Shown: positions 18,188 through 27,196 of the stretch, piece by piece
How the letters are laid out: each line of letters starts with the position of its first letter
How positions within the stretch are numbered: the first letter of the stretch is position 1
From: Bdellovibrionota bacterium
GTDB lineage: Bacteria > Bdellovibrionota_C > UBA2361 > OMII01
DNA length: 51,530 bases
Assembly: GCA_044237895.1 (NCBI GenBank)
Contig: JBIIEK010000002.1
Location: 1 to 51,530, forward strand
Reading direction: 5' to 3'
Program-made: the position numbers and the translations under genes
The notes under the pieces: model-generated
Database searches by the model: none
The model's input: only the letters and a program-made list of their open reading frames with translations
What the model was told of the DNA's origin: nothing

Positions 18188-18877
18188 CTATTTTGCTTTT
18201 ACTCCGAACGGCCAGACGAGGGTAACCTCGGTAGCGTACGTGCTACAGAGAAAGTGTCCTGCACCCTTACCGGTAGGAGCCTGAGGAATCTTTGAGTACG
18301 CACACTCAAATCGTCCCCTGATTTCATAGTTTTCTCCGGCTTTCAGATCCGTAAGCACAATAGACTTAAAGAGAGATTGGTGCTGTTGATCGCACGATCT
18401 GCCTACGAGCTTCGAAAGAACTCTTCGCGCGTTTTTCCCTCTACCGGCATAGAGATCCAAGTATATCGAACCGCAGGCGCTGCCGACGTCAGAGCTCCTT
18501 GCCAAGAGTCCACTACTTACGTTTGCGGTGACACTGGCCGCCTGACCAGTAAAGCTCAGCCCGACATCAAAGGACTTGGTCGGACACACAACCCCGTTTT
18601 CTCCGCAACTCCCCGAGGGGTCCATTTTAAACGGGATCGTCTCGATATCGCTTTGATTGAAAGGAAGGTTGTCGCGTTTCAGTACGAGTCCTTTCTTAGT
18701 CGTGCTCGGCTTCGTTATTCCTACTTCAATCTTTGGGGAGCAGGTGAGGTCAAAGCCTGGAACGCAGGTAGTAGGGGTGGTGCTACTCGAGCTTTGTCCA
18801 GACGCGTCGCTAACGAATAGAGTTCCCGTTAGAAAACAGATAAGACTTAATTCTCGAAACATTCGTGACGCTTTCAT
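18188..18877 (-). CDS. Hypothetical secreted Cys-containing protein
   Basis: Signal peptide (LSLICFLTGTLFVSDASG), an S/T-rich linker, and 8 Cys in the mature part. No recognisable domain. Confidence 0.5.
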   Translation of the reverse strand: MKASRMFRELSLICFLTGTLFVSDASGQSSSSTTPTTCVPGFDLTCSPKIEVGITKPSTTKKGLVLKRDNLPFNQSDIETIPFKMDPSGSCGENGVVCPTKSFDVGLSFTGQAASVTANVSSGLLARSSDVGSACGSIYLDLYAGRGKNARRVLSKLVGRSCDQQHQSLFKSIVLTDLKAGENYEIRGRFECAYSKIPQAPTGKGAGHFLCSTYATEVTLVWPFGVKAK

Positions 18878-19426
18878 ACGATCTTTCCCCTAAAACCTAT
18901 ATAAACTTACAAAAACCTTAGTTCGCTTCAGTGACGTATAAGGATATGGGCCGCAGGTATCTCGAAAGAATAACTAACAGATAACAAATGTGTAACAGTG
19001 CGGGTGTTGGAAGGAATTCTAGCTCGGTTGCGGGTGGCCCAAGGCAGCCAGTTAAGTGAAAATACGCGAGGTAACTGCGTGGATGGAGAGGAGGCCGCGG
19101 CACCAAGGCTCCTATTTTTGACGAAACTGGTGCCAGGCTACTCGGAAACGCGGGTAAGGTGTGAAGTCGAGGTGTATTCGATGCTCGGGGGAAGTAGCCT
19201 GGCACCACAAGATACAAGATGGCTGGAAGATGTGAGCGCCTGTCCTATAAGTAAAAGCTCCGAGCTATAAAGTCATTTGGTCAAGAGCCCGACCCATAAC
19301 CTGTTACGGTCAGGTGCCTCTCCACACGGGGAGAGATGCCTGCAGAATTTACGGTGCTGGATATAAAGAAGAGCTCCGCTTTTGAAGTTCGGCGTTTGTG
19401 ACGAGGGTGTTTGGGTGGGAGGCAGT

Positions 19427-19876
19427 ATGAAGTTCTTTAGATTCTCATGTCTTATTTACAGCACCGTGTGCCTTATCGGGATTGGAGTGGCATCGGCACA
19501 GCCCTACACCTCTGAGTCGAAGGACGGTGGTGTGATAACAGTTATCTCATTAAAGCGAAGTGGTAGTGACTCCGTCATTTTGAAGGGTTCTATTGAGAAT
19601 CCGGGGGCAGGAGATTTGAAGTTTGGGGACCTTCTTGAGGATGTAAGAAAATTTTCAGCGGTATTACAGGATCCAGTTGGTAAGAAAGAATACCAACAAA
19701 TAAGGGTCGATCGTGTTCGGGTAGGGTCTGAGCATAATCCCTTTGTAGCTATTCCTCCCCACGGTAAGATCAACTTTTGGGCGCGCATCACGGCTCCACC
19801 CCCTGAGGTGGAGAAGGTCACGGTTGTGTTTGCGGGTTCCGCGCTACCGATAGAAGACGTTCCTCTTCAAAAGTAG
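19427..19876 (+). CDS. Hypothetical secreted protein (small, beta-rich)
   Basis: The ATG at 19427 is preceded by GGGAGG. Signal peptide MKFFRFSCLIYSTVCLIGIGVASA. The ORF track opens earlier, at 19382. Confidence 0.5.
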   Translation: MKFFRFSCLIYSTVCLIGIGVASAQPYTSESKDGGVITVISLKRSGSDSVILKGSIENPGAGDLKFGDLLEDVRKFSAVLQDPVGKKEYQQIRVDRVRVGSEHNPFVAIPPHGKINFWARITAPPPEVEKVTVVFAGSALPIEDVPLQK

Positions 19877-19888
19877 CCTGAGCGCATC

Positions 19889-20566
19889 ATGGTATCGAGC
19901 AAGCCGGGGCATGACTACATTTTCTGCAAGGGGGCGATCGCGGCCGTCTTGTACGGTGTGGCGATTTCGTTCCTTTGTAGTTTGAGTGTTGAGGCATCCG
20001 CGCAGGACCTCTCAGACCCGTCGGTGGCTCTGCCCCCTCATGCGGAGCGAAGGAGTATCGATTGGTTGCCAGGGTCTCGTGAGTGGACGTCGGGGGTTCG
20101 ATCCCTAGACGGTGGTGTAAAAAACTTCAGAGATTCGCTCGCCGATTTAATAGCTTCGATAAAGGGGTGGGAGCTGATTGAGGAGGAGTTCGAATACCTG
20201 GTGCGGATGGAGAGCGATATCTTATTCGACTTTGATAGCGCTGAGATTCGTTCTGAGGCGAAGCCCCCTCTCACACGCTTCGCCGAGGTGCTCGCACCGT
20301 ATGAGCTGAAAGTTCTCTCAATCTCGGGACACACTGATAGCAAGGGGAGCGACGCATACAACGATAAGCTTTCGATGAGGCGGGCCGATTCCGTTAAGAG
20401 CTTCCTCGTGCATACGAAGCTCCTTTCAGGATGGAGCTTCTCCGCCATCGGCCGTGGTGAGCGAGAGCCGATCGCACCCAATCAGTCCAAGAATGGTCAG
20501 GACGACCCGGCTGGGCGACAAAAGAATCGCCGTGTTGAATTACGAATCAAGAAGTTGCCGAAGTAG
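19889..20566 (+). CDS. OmpA-family peptidoglycan-binding protein
   Basis: Signal-like N-terminus, then FDFDSAEI, ISGHTDSKGSDAYNDKLSMRRADSV and NRRVELRI. Confidence 0.8.
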   Translation: MVSSKPGHDYIFCKGAIAAVLYGVAISFLCSLSVEASAQDLSDPSVALPPHAERRSIDWLPGSREWTSGVRSLDGGVKNFRDSLADLIASIKGWELIEEEFEYLVRMESDILFDFDSAEIRSEAKPPLTRFAEVLAPYELKVLSISGHTDSKGSDAYNDKLSMRRADSVKSFLVHTKLLSGWSFSAIGRGEREPIAPNQSKNGQDDPAGRQKNRRVELRIKKLPK

Positions 20567-20882
20567 TGCTCGGACGGGCGACGGTCCGGGGCCGCAGGAG
20601 GCCGACAATCGTGATACCTCAAATGAGAGGACTACCGAAGGTAGGGGCACTGTTTTGGTATCGGAATTCGAGTGAACACGGTGGGGACGCAAGGAGGATC
20701 TCCTCCCCAAAAATCATCCGGCGAAGATATAAAGCAGCACCCGTTCAGGAGCTCTTGTTACGGTACGAAGTGTAACCGCTTTAAATCCATATCCGACTAT
20801 TTGCGCCAGGTTGAACCTTTTTCGACTAGGGGAGGCACTGGCTAATAGCCGGAGTGGGCAGTAGACTGGCAGGCCCTTCAAA

Positions 20883-21281
20883 ATGTACGGAGAGTTTATG
20901 AGCGGGTCATTCTATCAAGTTAACGAGCCAGAGTTGCGAGACGAAACTCGCGGTGTATTAGGAGCGACCCTTGCGCAGCACACCTTGGGGATGGGGCCTG
21001 CGCAGCAATACCTCGCGCAACGAGTCGCGTCGGCAACGGTAGCTGACTGGACCTGGCAAGCGGATGTTTCGGCAAACCAAGAGCGTCGTTTTACGAATCC
21101 CGTTACAAGTCGAGAGGTCGCGGAATTGATCGCCGAGGCCGCGGCACGATTTGCTCGTACCAAACAGGGCGCTGAGCCGGACATGAATGAACTGTGCCTC
21201 GGCAGGGAGGCTCGTGCGATTCGGGAGAGCGCTTTGAACGATGTGAGAAATCTTCTTCATCGACGCGCGCGCGGACAGTAG
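20883..21281 (+). CDS. Hypothetical protein
   Basis: A 132-aa ORF with no signal peptide or motif. Coding status rests only on ORF length and the absence of a better ORF on the opposite strand. Confidence 0.35.
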   Translation: MYGEFMSGSFYQVNEPELRDETRGVLGATLAQHTLGMGPAQQYLAQRVASATVADWTWQADVSANQERRFTNPVTSREVAELIAEAAARFARTKQGAEPDMNELCLGREARAIRESALNDVRNLLHRRARGQ

Positions 21282-21445
21282 CCACCAGAACGTTATTGCG
21301 GTTAATCACTGGGGGCCCGGCGACCTTGTCGGCCTCAGGTGCGAATGGTCCGTTCCACCTTCCCCATCCTTCATCTCACCTGAAAGAAGTACGGGGTACG
21401 GAGGACAGTTCGTCAGCTTTTTATAAGAGAAAAAAGTTCAAAGGC

Positions 21446-22240
21446 TCACTGCATCGGTGGAATAGTCGCTCGGGGGCAGGGCTGACCTGGAGGAAGCCAT
21501 TGCCCAACGCCGCGGATGTTGCAGCAACTTTGGGTGACTAGGACATTTCCAATGAGGCATGAAAAAGCCGTATTCCCGGAAGAGGGGTCGCACCTCCCGG
21601 GCACGGCATTGCACGGTGGGAAGATACAAGAGATGCCCTGTTGGTCGATCAGGTATTGGGTCTTCGTGCTCGTCACTATGTCTCCACCGTTGGCGGTGAG
21701 TACATTGCATTGGTGGGCGGAGACCTCCGCTTTGCACCCAGCCGGGAGGAGTTGTTGGATGTTGAGCGCGACGGTATCAGCGGTCCGTTTATCTGCGAAG
21801 ACGCTACAGCCCGTGGAGTTGTACTTGTAGAGGGTACAGTTTGGATTGGCCGTTAAGCACGCCTCCGCCTGCATGATGATCTCGTCCGCCTCCGTTGTAT
21901 GTCCCTTATACTCGACGCTTACGAGGTCGCAGTTGGGGATGTACTGCGTGGAGGAGGTCGAGACGCTGAGCGCTACGTTCTGTTTGACATTGCAGTGGCG
22001 TTGTCCCGGTTCTCGCTGCCACTTTGAGCATTGAGCAATAAACTTCTGGATCTGTGCGGGATATCGATCGTCGTAGATGCACGCGCAGCAATCTCTAATC
22101 GCGGGTGGCATAGAGTTCGTGTCAGGCGCGACGGTTGGTGGTTGCGCATACGAAGCTGAGATATGAGAGGCGCAGAGGATCGCCAGAAGGATCCGCCTTG
22201 TTGTCGTATTCCGATAGTGTCTGACGATAGTGCGCGGCAT
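21446..22240 (-). CDS. Cysteine-rich secreted protein
   Basis: Signal peptide (RRILLAILCASHISASYA), then 18 Cys in about 230 mature residues, including CC.C and CC pairs. No recognisable family. Confidence 0.55.
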   Translation of the reverse strand: MPRTIVRHYRNTTTRRILLAILCASHISASYAQPPTVAPDTNSMPPAIRDCCACIYDDRYPAQIQKFIAQCSKWQREPGQRHCNVKQNVALSVSTSSTQYIPNCDLVSVEYKGHTTEADEIIMQAEACLTANPNCTLYKYNSTGCSVFADKRTADTVALNIQQLLPAGCKAEVSAHQCNVLTANGGDIVTSTKTQYLIDQQGISCIFPPCNAVPGRCDPSSGNTAFSCLIGNVLVTQSCCNIRGVGQWLPPGQPCPRATIPPMQ

Positions 22241-22328
22241 GCCCGCCCCCCTCTCTCATGTACCTCGTGGTAGATCGGGATATCTTTCGCGGTTCTTTAG
22301 TATTAGATTGAGTAGCTGAGTAGGGTGG

Positions 22329-23051
22329 CTATTTCCTTAGAATAAATACGTTATCTGCCGAGACCATCCTACTCATATGCCAATAGCGTGCGATCCAATC
22401 GAAGGTTTCCTCGGAGTAAAACGCCACATGCGTAGGATCGCGGTGGTACCACCACCCCTTAAAGGAGGGGGGTGGGAGTTGAGTCATAACGGCGAGAAGT
22501 CCATCGGGGCGCAGCATCTCGTAGAGGTGCTGGAACTGGTTGTGAGGATCGTTGAAGTGTTCGACGACCTCTGCGCACGTTATGAAGTCGTAGGTGTCGC
22601 TCGTAAGGAGTGACTGGTCGGGAAAGAAGAAGGGATCGAACGAGTGGCAGTCGATCCCTTCGGTCTTCATCAGAGCGCCTATCGAGAGGATCGGACCGCA
22701 TCCGTAGTCGAGTCCGTTCGCGTTCTCTCCTAGAAGAGACCGTAGTGGTCGAATCACTCTCATCAGGTGCTCGCGGTATCCCATATCTGAGAGGTCGTTG
22801 TTGTGTTTCTGGTAGTGTCGCCTCTGCTGATCGCTCGTTGAGCGTACCGCGGGATCCTTGGTGATCAGGTTGCAGTGACGACACCGATAGAAGATGAGTG
22901 ACTGAGCGCGATCACTGTCAGGGCTGTAAAGCCTCCAAGGGATACCCTCCGTCTGTTCGTAAAAGACGACGAGCCCACTCTGGAGGCAGAGGGGGCATGA
23001 TATGCATGGCACTGGTGATGAGTGTGACGAGCTTTGCACACGTAAAACCAA
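22329..23051 (-). CDS. Class I SAM-dependent methyltransferase with an N-terminal zinc-ribbon-like CxxC...CxxC
   Basis: Contains C.SCPLC ... YRCRHC, then motif I GLDYGCGPG-like (NGLDYGCGP) and ITCAEVVEHF. The start is a TTG. Confidence 0.7.
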   Translation of the reverse strand: MVLRVQSSSHSSPVPCISCPLCLQSGLVVFYEQTEGIPWRLYSPDSDRAQSLIFYRCRHCNLITKDPAVRSTSDQQRRHYQKHNNDLSDMGYREHLMRVIRPLRSLLGENANGLDYGCGPILSIGALMKTEGIDCHSFDPFFFPDQSLLTSDTYDFITCAEVVEHFNDPHNQFQHLYEMLRPDGLLAVMTQLPPPSFKGWWYHRDPTHVAFYSEETFDWIARYWHMSRMVSADNVFILRK

Positions 23052-23142
23052 TCACAAAAACCGCGCTTAGGCGAGAGTCGACGCGAGGGGAGGGTGATCT
23101 TTTTGGATGTCAAAGTCGGGGTATTCCAAGTAAGATCCCTTT

Positions 23143-23784
23143 ATGTTTCGTATCTATTTTATAGGCGCGTATATCGCAGCGTTTTTCGTCTGCTCGTCGG
23201 CCTACGCCAATCCGGTTAGTTTTAAGGGCGGATATGGGGTCATGCCCGCGTATAATAAGGACTGGACCGATCTTCAAGTAAACTACTCTCTTTCTAATCG
23301 GGAGGCGGTCGGAGTTTCAGGGTTCTATCGGGAGGGGCTCAACAGCTCGTCGACCTTTGGAATAGGGCAGTACAACTATCTTTTAGCCAGATGGAATGAA
23401 TTAGATTCGCAGACGAACGTCAATCTCTCGTTGGGTGGGGGTGGTCGGCATGATTCACGACATGAGGATGCTCTTGCGGGATATGCAGCGGTAGAGGCGG
23501 ATTATGAAATTCGGAGAGTTTATTCGCAGATATCGGCGGAGACCCTCCAGTCTGGCGCCGTTGTGCACTATGAGAAGTATAGGGGGAGGATCGGAGTCGC
23601 TCCATACAAGGCCCCTTTTGATTCATTGAACACGTGGTTAGTGCTCCAGCTCGATTATATGACTGAGATGCACGATCCGTTGCGCATTACCCCTATGGCT
23701 CGCTTGTTTTACAATAACGTAGCGTTTGAGGTCGGGGTGAGCTTGCAGGGGATTCCGTTTGTGGGTGGCGCGGCTCATTTTTAA
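23143..23784 (+). CDS. Putative outer-membrane beta-barrel protein
   Basis: Signal peptide ending AYA, alternating hydrophobic pattern with many Tyr/Gly, and a C-terminal aromatic residue (GGAAHF). Confidence 0.55.
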   Translation: MFRIYFIGAYIAAFFVCSSAYANPVSFKGGYGVMPAYNKDWTDLQVNYSLSNREAVGVSGFYREGLNSSSTFGIGQYNYLLARWNELDSQTNVNLSLGGGGRHDSRHEDALAGYAAVEADYEIRRVYSQISAETLQSGAVVHYEKYRGRIGVAPYKAPFDSLNTWLVLQLDYMTEMHDPLRITPMARLFYNNVAFEVGVSLQGIPFVGGAAHF

Positions 23785-23794
23785 GGAGATGTCT

Positions 23795-24085
23795 ATGAAG
23801 TGGTTGATAGCAGTTTTCTCAGTGTTTGCAATGGTGGTCGCTCCAGGTGTAGCGCATGCCGAAGAGATCTCAGTGTCGGTAAAAGGGATGGTGTGTTCGT
23901 TTTGCGCTCAGGGGATTAAAAAGACCTTTTCGGCGCAGAAAGAGGTAGAGAAGGTAGCGGTTGATCTCGATAAAAAGATCGTCTCGATAACGACGAAGCA
24001 GGGCGAGACCGTGTCTGATGAAGGGATCACGCAGGCGATTACGGATGCCGGATTTGAGGTCGTTGAGATCAAACGACAAAAATAG
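23795..24085 (+). CDS. Periplasmic heavy-metal-associated (HMA) domain protein, MerP/CopZ-like
   Basis: Signal peptide MKWLIAVFSVFAMVVAPGVAHA, then GMVCSFCAQGIKK (GMxCxxC). AAGGAG lies 7 nt upstream of the ATG at 23795. Confidence 0.8.
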   Translation: MKWLIAVFSVFAMVVAPGVAHAEEISVSVKGMVCSFCAQGIKKTFSAQKEVEKVAVDLDKKIVSITTKQGETVSDEGITQAITDAGFEVVEIKRQK

Positions 24086-24086
24086 T

Positions 24087-24452
24087 ATGGTCAAAAAAGC
24101 TCTCGGTTACGCCTCTCTCTTTTTCTCGTTTGGAACGATGATCTGTTGCGCGCTTCCGGCGTTGATGGTTTCGCTTGGGGCAGGAGCTACGCTCGTTTCG
24201 ATACTCTCCACCGTTCCTGAACTGATATGGTTCTCGGAGCATAAGGGATGGGTCTTCGGGATTGCTGGAGCGCTCTTGCTCCTCAACGGGGTGATCCGTC
24301 TTGTGGTCGCTCCGTCATGTCCAACGGATCCCGTCCTTGCGGCGGCGTGCCAACGGGCGCAAAAGATGAGTTCGGTCGTCTTTTATTTCTCGGTCGCGCT
24401 ATTTCTGGTCGGGGCTTTCTTTGCTTTTTTCGCGCCAATCCTCTTTGAGTAG
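24087..24452 (+). CDS. MerT-like metal-transport membrane protein
   Basis: TM1 has a vicinal Cys pair (GTMICCALPALMVSLGAGA), as in MerT (CCLGPLVLIALG). A second Cys pair sits in a loop (SCPTDPVLAAAC). Three predicted TMs. The ATG lies 1 nt after the upstream stop. Confidence 0.6.
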   Translation: MVKKALGYASLFFSFGTMICCALPALMVSLGAGATLVSILSTVPELIWFSEHKGWVFGIAGALLLLNGVIRLVVAPSCPTDPVLAAACQRAQKMSSVVFYFSVALFLVGAFFAFFAPILFE

Positions 24453-24457
24453 TGCGC

Positions 24458-25630
24458 TTATTTAGCCGCAGCCCGTTTGATAAGGGGACCGACGGTTAAG
24501 CCCTGAATTACGATTGAGAACGCGACGGTTTGGAAGACGGTCGAGATGATGATCTCCCGATTTTCGGTGCCTGGCGGGAGTCCGAGTACGAGAGCTATCG
24601 AGAGGGCCCCTCGTAAGCCGCCCCAAAATAGAAGGTTTTGTACTCGTAGTGGGACGGCGCTCGCAGTGCGTCTGAAAGGAAGACACCCCCCATATACCGC
24701 GACGGCACGACCCAAGAGTGAGGCGCCGATAGTGGACGCTACGAGCCACATGGATAAAGAGCCGGAGGAGCTCCAGAGAGAGATGTCGATCCCTATCAAG
24801 AGAAAGATGAGAGAGTTGACAAGGAACCCAGCGAACTCCCAGAAGGTCGCAGCATCCTCCCGTCCGCGCTCCGTCAAGGAGCCCTTGTAGTCGAAATTAG
24901 CCATCACCATGCCAGCCGTGAGGGTGGAGAGTACGCCGGAAGCGTGGAAGTGTTCCGCGAGAAGGAAGGATCCAAACGCCGCGACTACCGTAATCGCTAT
25001 CTCTACGAGGTGATCGGCGGTCCTTCCGGCGAGGAATAAGAGCCCGAATCCTACAGCGAGTCCCACAAGTATACCGCCACCTATCGACAGTAGTGAGAGC
25101 GATGCGATCCCCACAGGCGACGTATCGCCCACCAGGAGGAGGGGGATGAGAGTGAAGAGGACGGAGGCCGTGCCGTCGTTAAAGAGACTTTCTGCCTCGA
25201 TCAATTTATAGACCTTTGGTGGCAGCGCAGATTCTTTCAGGAGCGCGAGTACTGACACCGGATCTGTCGCCGCCAGAACGACTCCGATGATGAGACACGT
25301 CTGCCACGGAAGGCCGGAGAGTAGTGTCAGTACAGCCGTTGAGGCTATCGCCGCGAGGAAGACTCCCGCGGTAGCGAGGAGCACAATTACACTAACGACC
25401 GGTTTCAAATCTCTCCACTTGAGGTGGATAGCAGCCTCGAAGATCAGCGGTGGAAGAAGGATATGGAATACTAGGTCGTGCGAGAGGTGCAGCGATGGGG
25501 CGATCCCGTTCACCGCCAACGCTGTTCCTACAAGGACGAGCCCTACGGTATACGGCACTCTCATGCGTCGCGAGACTATAGCGACCACGCACGCCGTGAT
25601 GAGTAGGAATATCTCGTCGTACAATCCCAT
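24458..25630 (-). CDS. Cation:proton antiporter (CPA1, NhaP-type Na+/H+ exchanger)
   Basis: Polytopic membrane protein with AESLFNDGTASVLF and LAATDPVSV motifs. The start was moved to the ATG at 25630, which is preceded by GAGGAG at 6 nt. The ORF opens at 25726. Confidence 0.85.
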   Translation of the reverse strand: MGLYDEIFLLITACVVAIVSRRMRVPYTVGLVLVGTALAVNGIAPSLHLSHDLVFHILLPPLIFEAAIHLKWRDLKPVVSVIVLLATAGVFLAAIASTAVLTLLSGLPWQTCLIIGVVLAATDPVSVLALLKESALPPKVYKLIEAESLFNDGTASVLFTLIPLLLVGDTSPVGIASLSLLSIGGGILVGLAVGFGLLFLAGRTADHLVEIAITVVAAFGSFLLAEHFHASGVLSTLTAGMVMANFDYKGSLTERGREDAATFWEFAGFLVNSLIFLLIGIDISLWSSSGSLSMWLVASTIGASLLGRAVAVYGGCLPFRRTASAVPLRVQNLLFWGGLRGALSIALVLGLPPGTENREIIISTVFQTVAFSIVIQGLTVGPLIKRAAAK

Positions 25631-25760
25631 AATGCACTCCTCACCTAAAGGCCGCGGGCCTCTTGCGCGTTCCGGTGCTTTAGCTGCAACGTCACCCCGT
25701 TTCGTGAACAGCCTCAAATCGCACATGATGCGTTCGCATGAACCGTTTGCGATCGTGCCT

Positions 25761-25779
25761 GGAGGGCCGGCGGCCCTCC
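25761..25779. repeat. Dispersed GC-rich palindromic (REP-like) hairpin
   Basis: GGAGGGCCGGCGGCCCTCC followed by ..GATTATGCGAT. The same elements occur in the 27197-27481 array. Confidence 0.5.
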
Positions 25780-25905
25780 AATCGTTCCCGAACGGATTAT
25801 GCGATCCCGACGGAACCTCTTCTCATGACCCTGCTGAGGAACCTAGCGGCGGAGTCGCCTTTTGTCAGCCCCTTAAGAGAGGGGCTACCCCGAGCTTAAC
25901 TGCAT

Positions 25906-26622
25906 ATGGGATACTCACCTTACAAACCTATGCACATAGTAACGTCGAAACGCTCTCCCAATTACACCGATCTCGTTATTGGGGTCGAATATGTTGTTAT
26001 CCATTACACGGCCGCAACCCTTGAGCGCACCCTGGATATCTTCATGAATCCAGCCTCCGAGGTGTCTGCTCACCTTGTGATTGATCGGGACGGGGTGGTG
26101 CACGAATTGGTTCCATGCTTTGACGGTTCGGCTCTGCGTGCCTGGCATGCAGGAAAGAGTCGACTGGAAGTTCAGGGGGGGGCGTTGGTTGAGGGCTTTA
26201 ACGATCGGTCGATAGGGATAGAGCTTGTTAACTTGAACGGAAATATAATTCCTTATACTGAGGCTCAGTATGCAGCGCTCTTCAAGACCATCGAACGGCT
26301 GAAAGGTATATACCCGGCGCTTGCCAAGGCTGAGGCCATAATCGGGCATGAGCAGATCGCGGGTTTCCGGGGTAAGTGTGATCCGGGGATCCTTTTTGAG
26401 TGGGAACGGTTGTTCTCGGTGTGTTACCCGAATCGGGGGATGCCTGCTCGCCCCCCTCTCTGTAGGCAAGCGGTGGCCGACAGGATCCTTGCCATGGTAA
26501 AGGCGCTTGGAGTGACGATTGAGCCGTCCTCGGGCGAGGTAGGGGTTCCCTCGGGGGCGGAAGCGCTCTTTACGCACCTAAGTTCCTTAATTGAGAGCGC
26601 CCTTTCGAGGGATGATCGTTGA
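25906..26622 (+). CDS. ampD: N-acetylmuramoyl-L-alanine amidase (Amidase_2, AmpD-like)
   Basis: Contains VIHYTA, SAHLVIDRDG, AWHAG.S, NDRSIGIELVN, Y..L...I and IIGHEQIA..RKCDPG. Confidence 0.82.
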   Translation: MGYSPYKPMHIVTSKRSPNYTDLVIGVEYVVIHYTAATLERTLDIFMNPASEVSAHLVIDRDGVVHELVPCFDGSALRAWHAGKSRLEVQGGALVEGFNDRSIGIELVNLNGNIIPYTEAQYAALFKTIERLKGIYPALAKAEAIIGHEQIAGFRGKCDPGILFEWERLFSVCYPNRGMPARPPLCRQAVADRILAMVKALGVTIEPSSGEVGVPSGAEALFTHLSSLIESALSRDDR

Positions 26623-26740
26623 CCTTTTCGGCGCATTGACGCGTTTTAGGTAGGTTGACATCCCGCCCTTACTGTTTAAGGATCGGGGTCGTCCGGGGCA
26701 TTTACGCGCCGGAAAGTTTTAGTTTTACTACCAACGACCT

Positions 26741-27196
26741 ATGAAGACTGCTTTCTCTGGATTCCGTTCTCTTTTTGTTGCTGCTGGCGCCCTGATGTTT
26801 GTAACGGGTTGTGCCCCCCGCGGAGAGTCTCATACCGTTGATCAGATCTTGAATGACGCTCGCACATCGTATAGCGCGATGAAGGTGGATGTGAATCCTG
26901 ATGTGGGAGGCTCTCTGCAGTCGCTCTCAGGCTCGCTCGACAAACTCGCCGGTCTTGGCGGTGGTGGCGACGCTCGACAGGTGTCGGCTTCTATCGCTGA
27001 TTCGCTTACGACGCTCATGCCAAAAGCTGGCGTCACCCAACGTCCGGCGATGGCTGAGCTGATCAACCAGTACCGAAGTATCTCAACCGGAACTGGCGCT
27101 CCGACCTCTGTAGGTTCTCCAAACCTTAAGCTTGTTGTTGCGCGTACTTATTCGCTTATGTCGGCAGAGCTTACTTCGACAAAGTTCAGGCTCTAA
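26741..27196 (+). CDS. Hypothetical lipoprotein
   Basis: Lipobox-type signal (ALMFVTGC). No recognisable domain. Confidence 0.55.
   Translation: MKTAFSGFRSLFVAAGALMFVTGCAPRGESHTVDQILNDARTSYSAMKVDVNPDVGGSLQSLSGSLDKLAGLGGGGDARQVSASIADSLTTLMPKAGVTQRPAMAELINQYRSISTGTGAPTSVGSPNLKLVVARTYSLMSAELTSTKFRL

Noticed and set aside
23795-24452. Canonical mercury-resistance (mer) operon.
   Set aside because: Only MerP-like and MerT-like genes are present. merA, merR, merD and merB are not adjacent and the gene order is non-canonical, so a mercury-resistance call is not justified.
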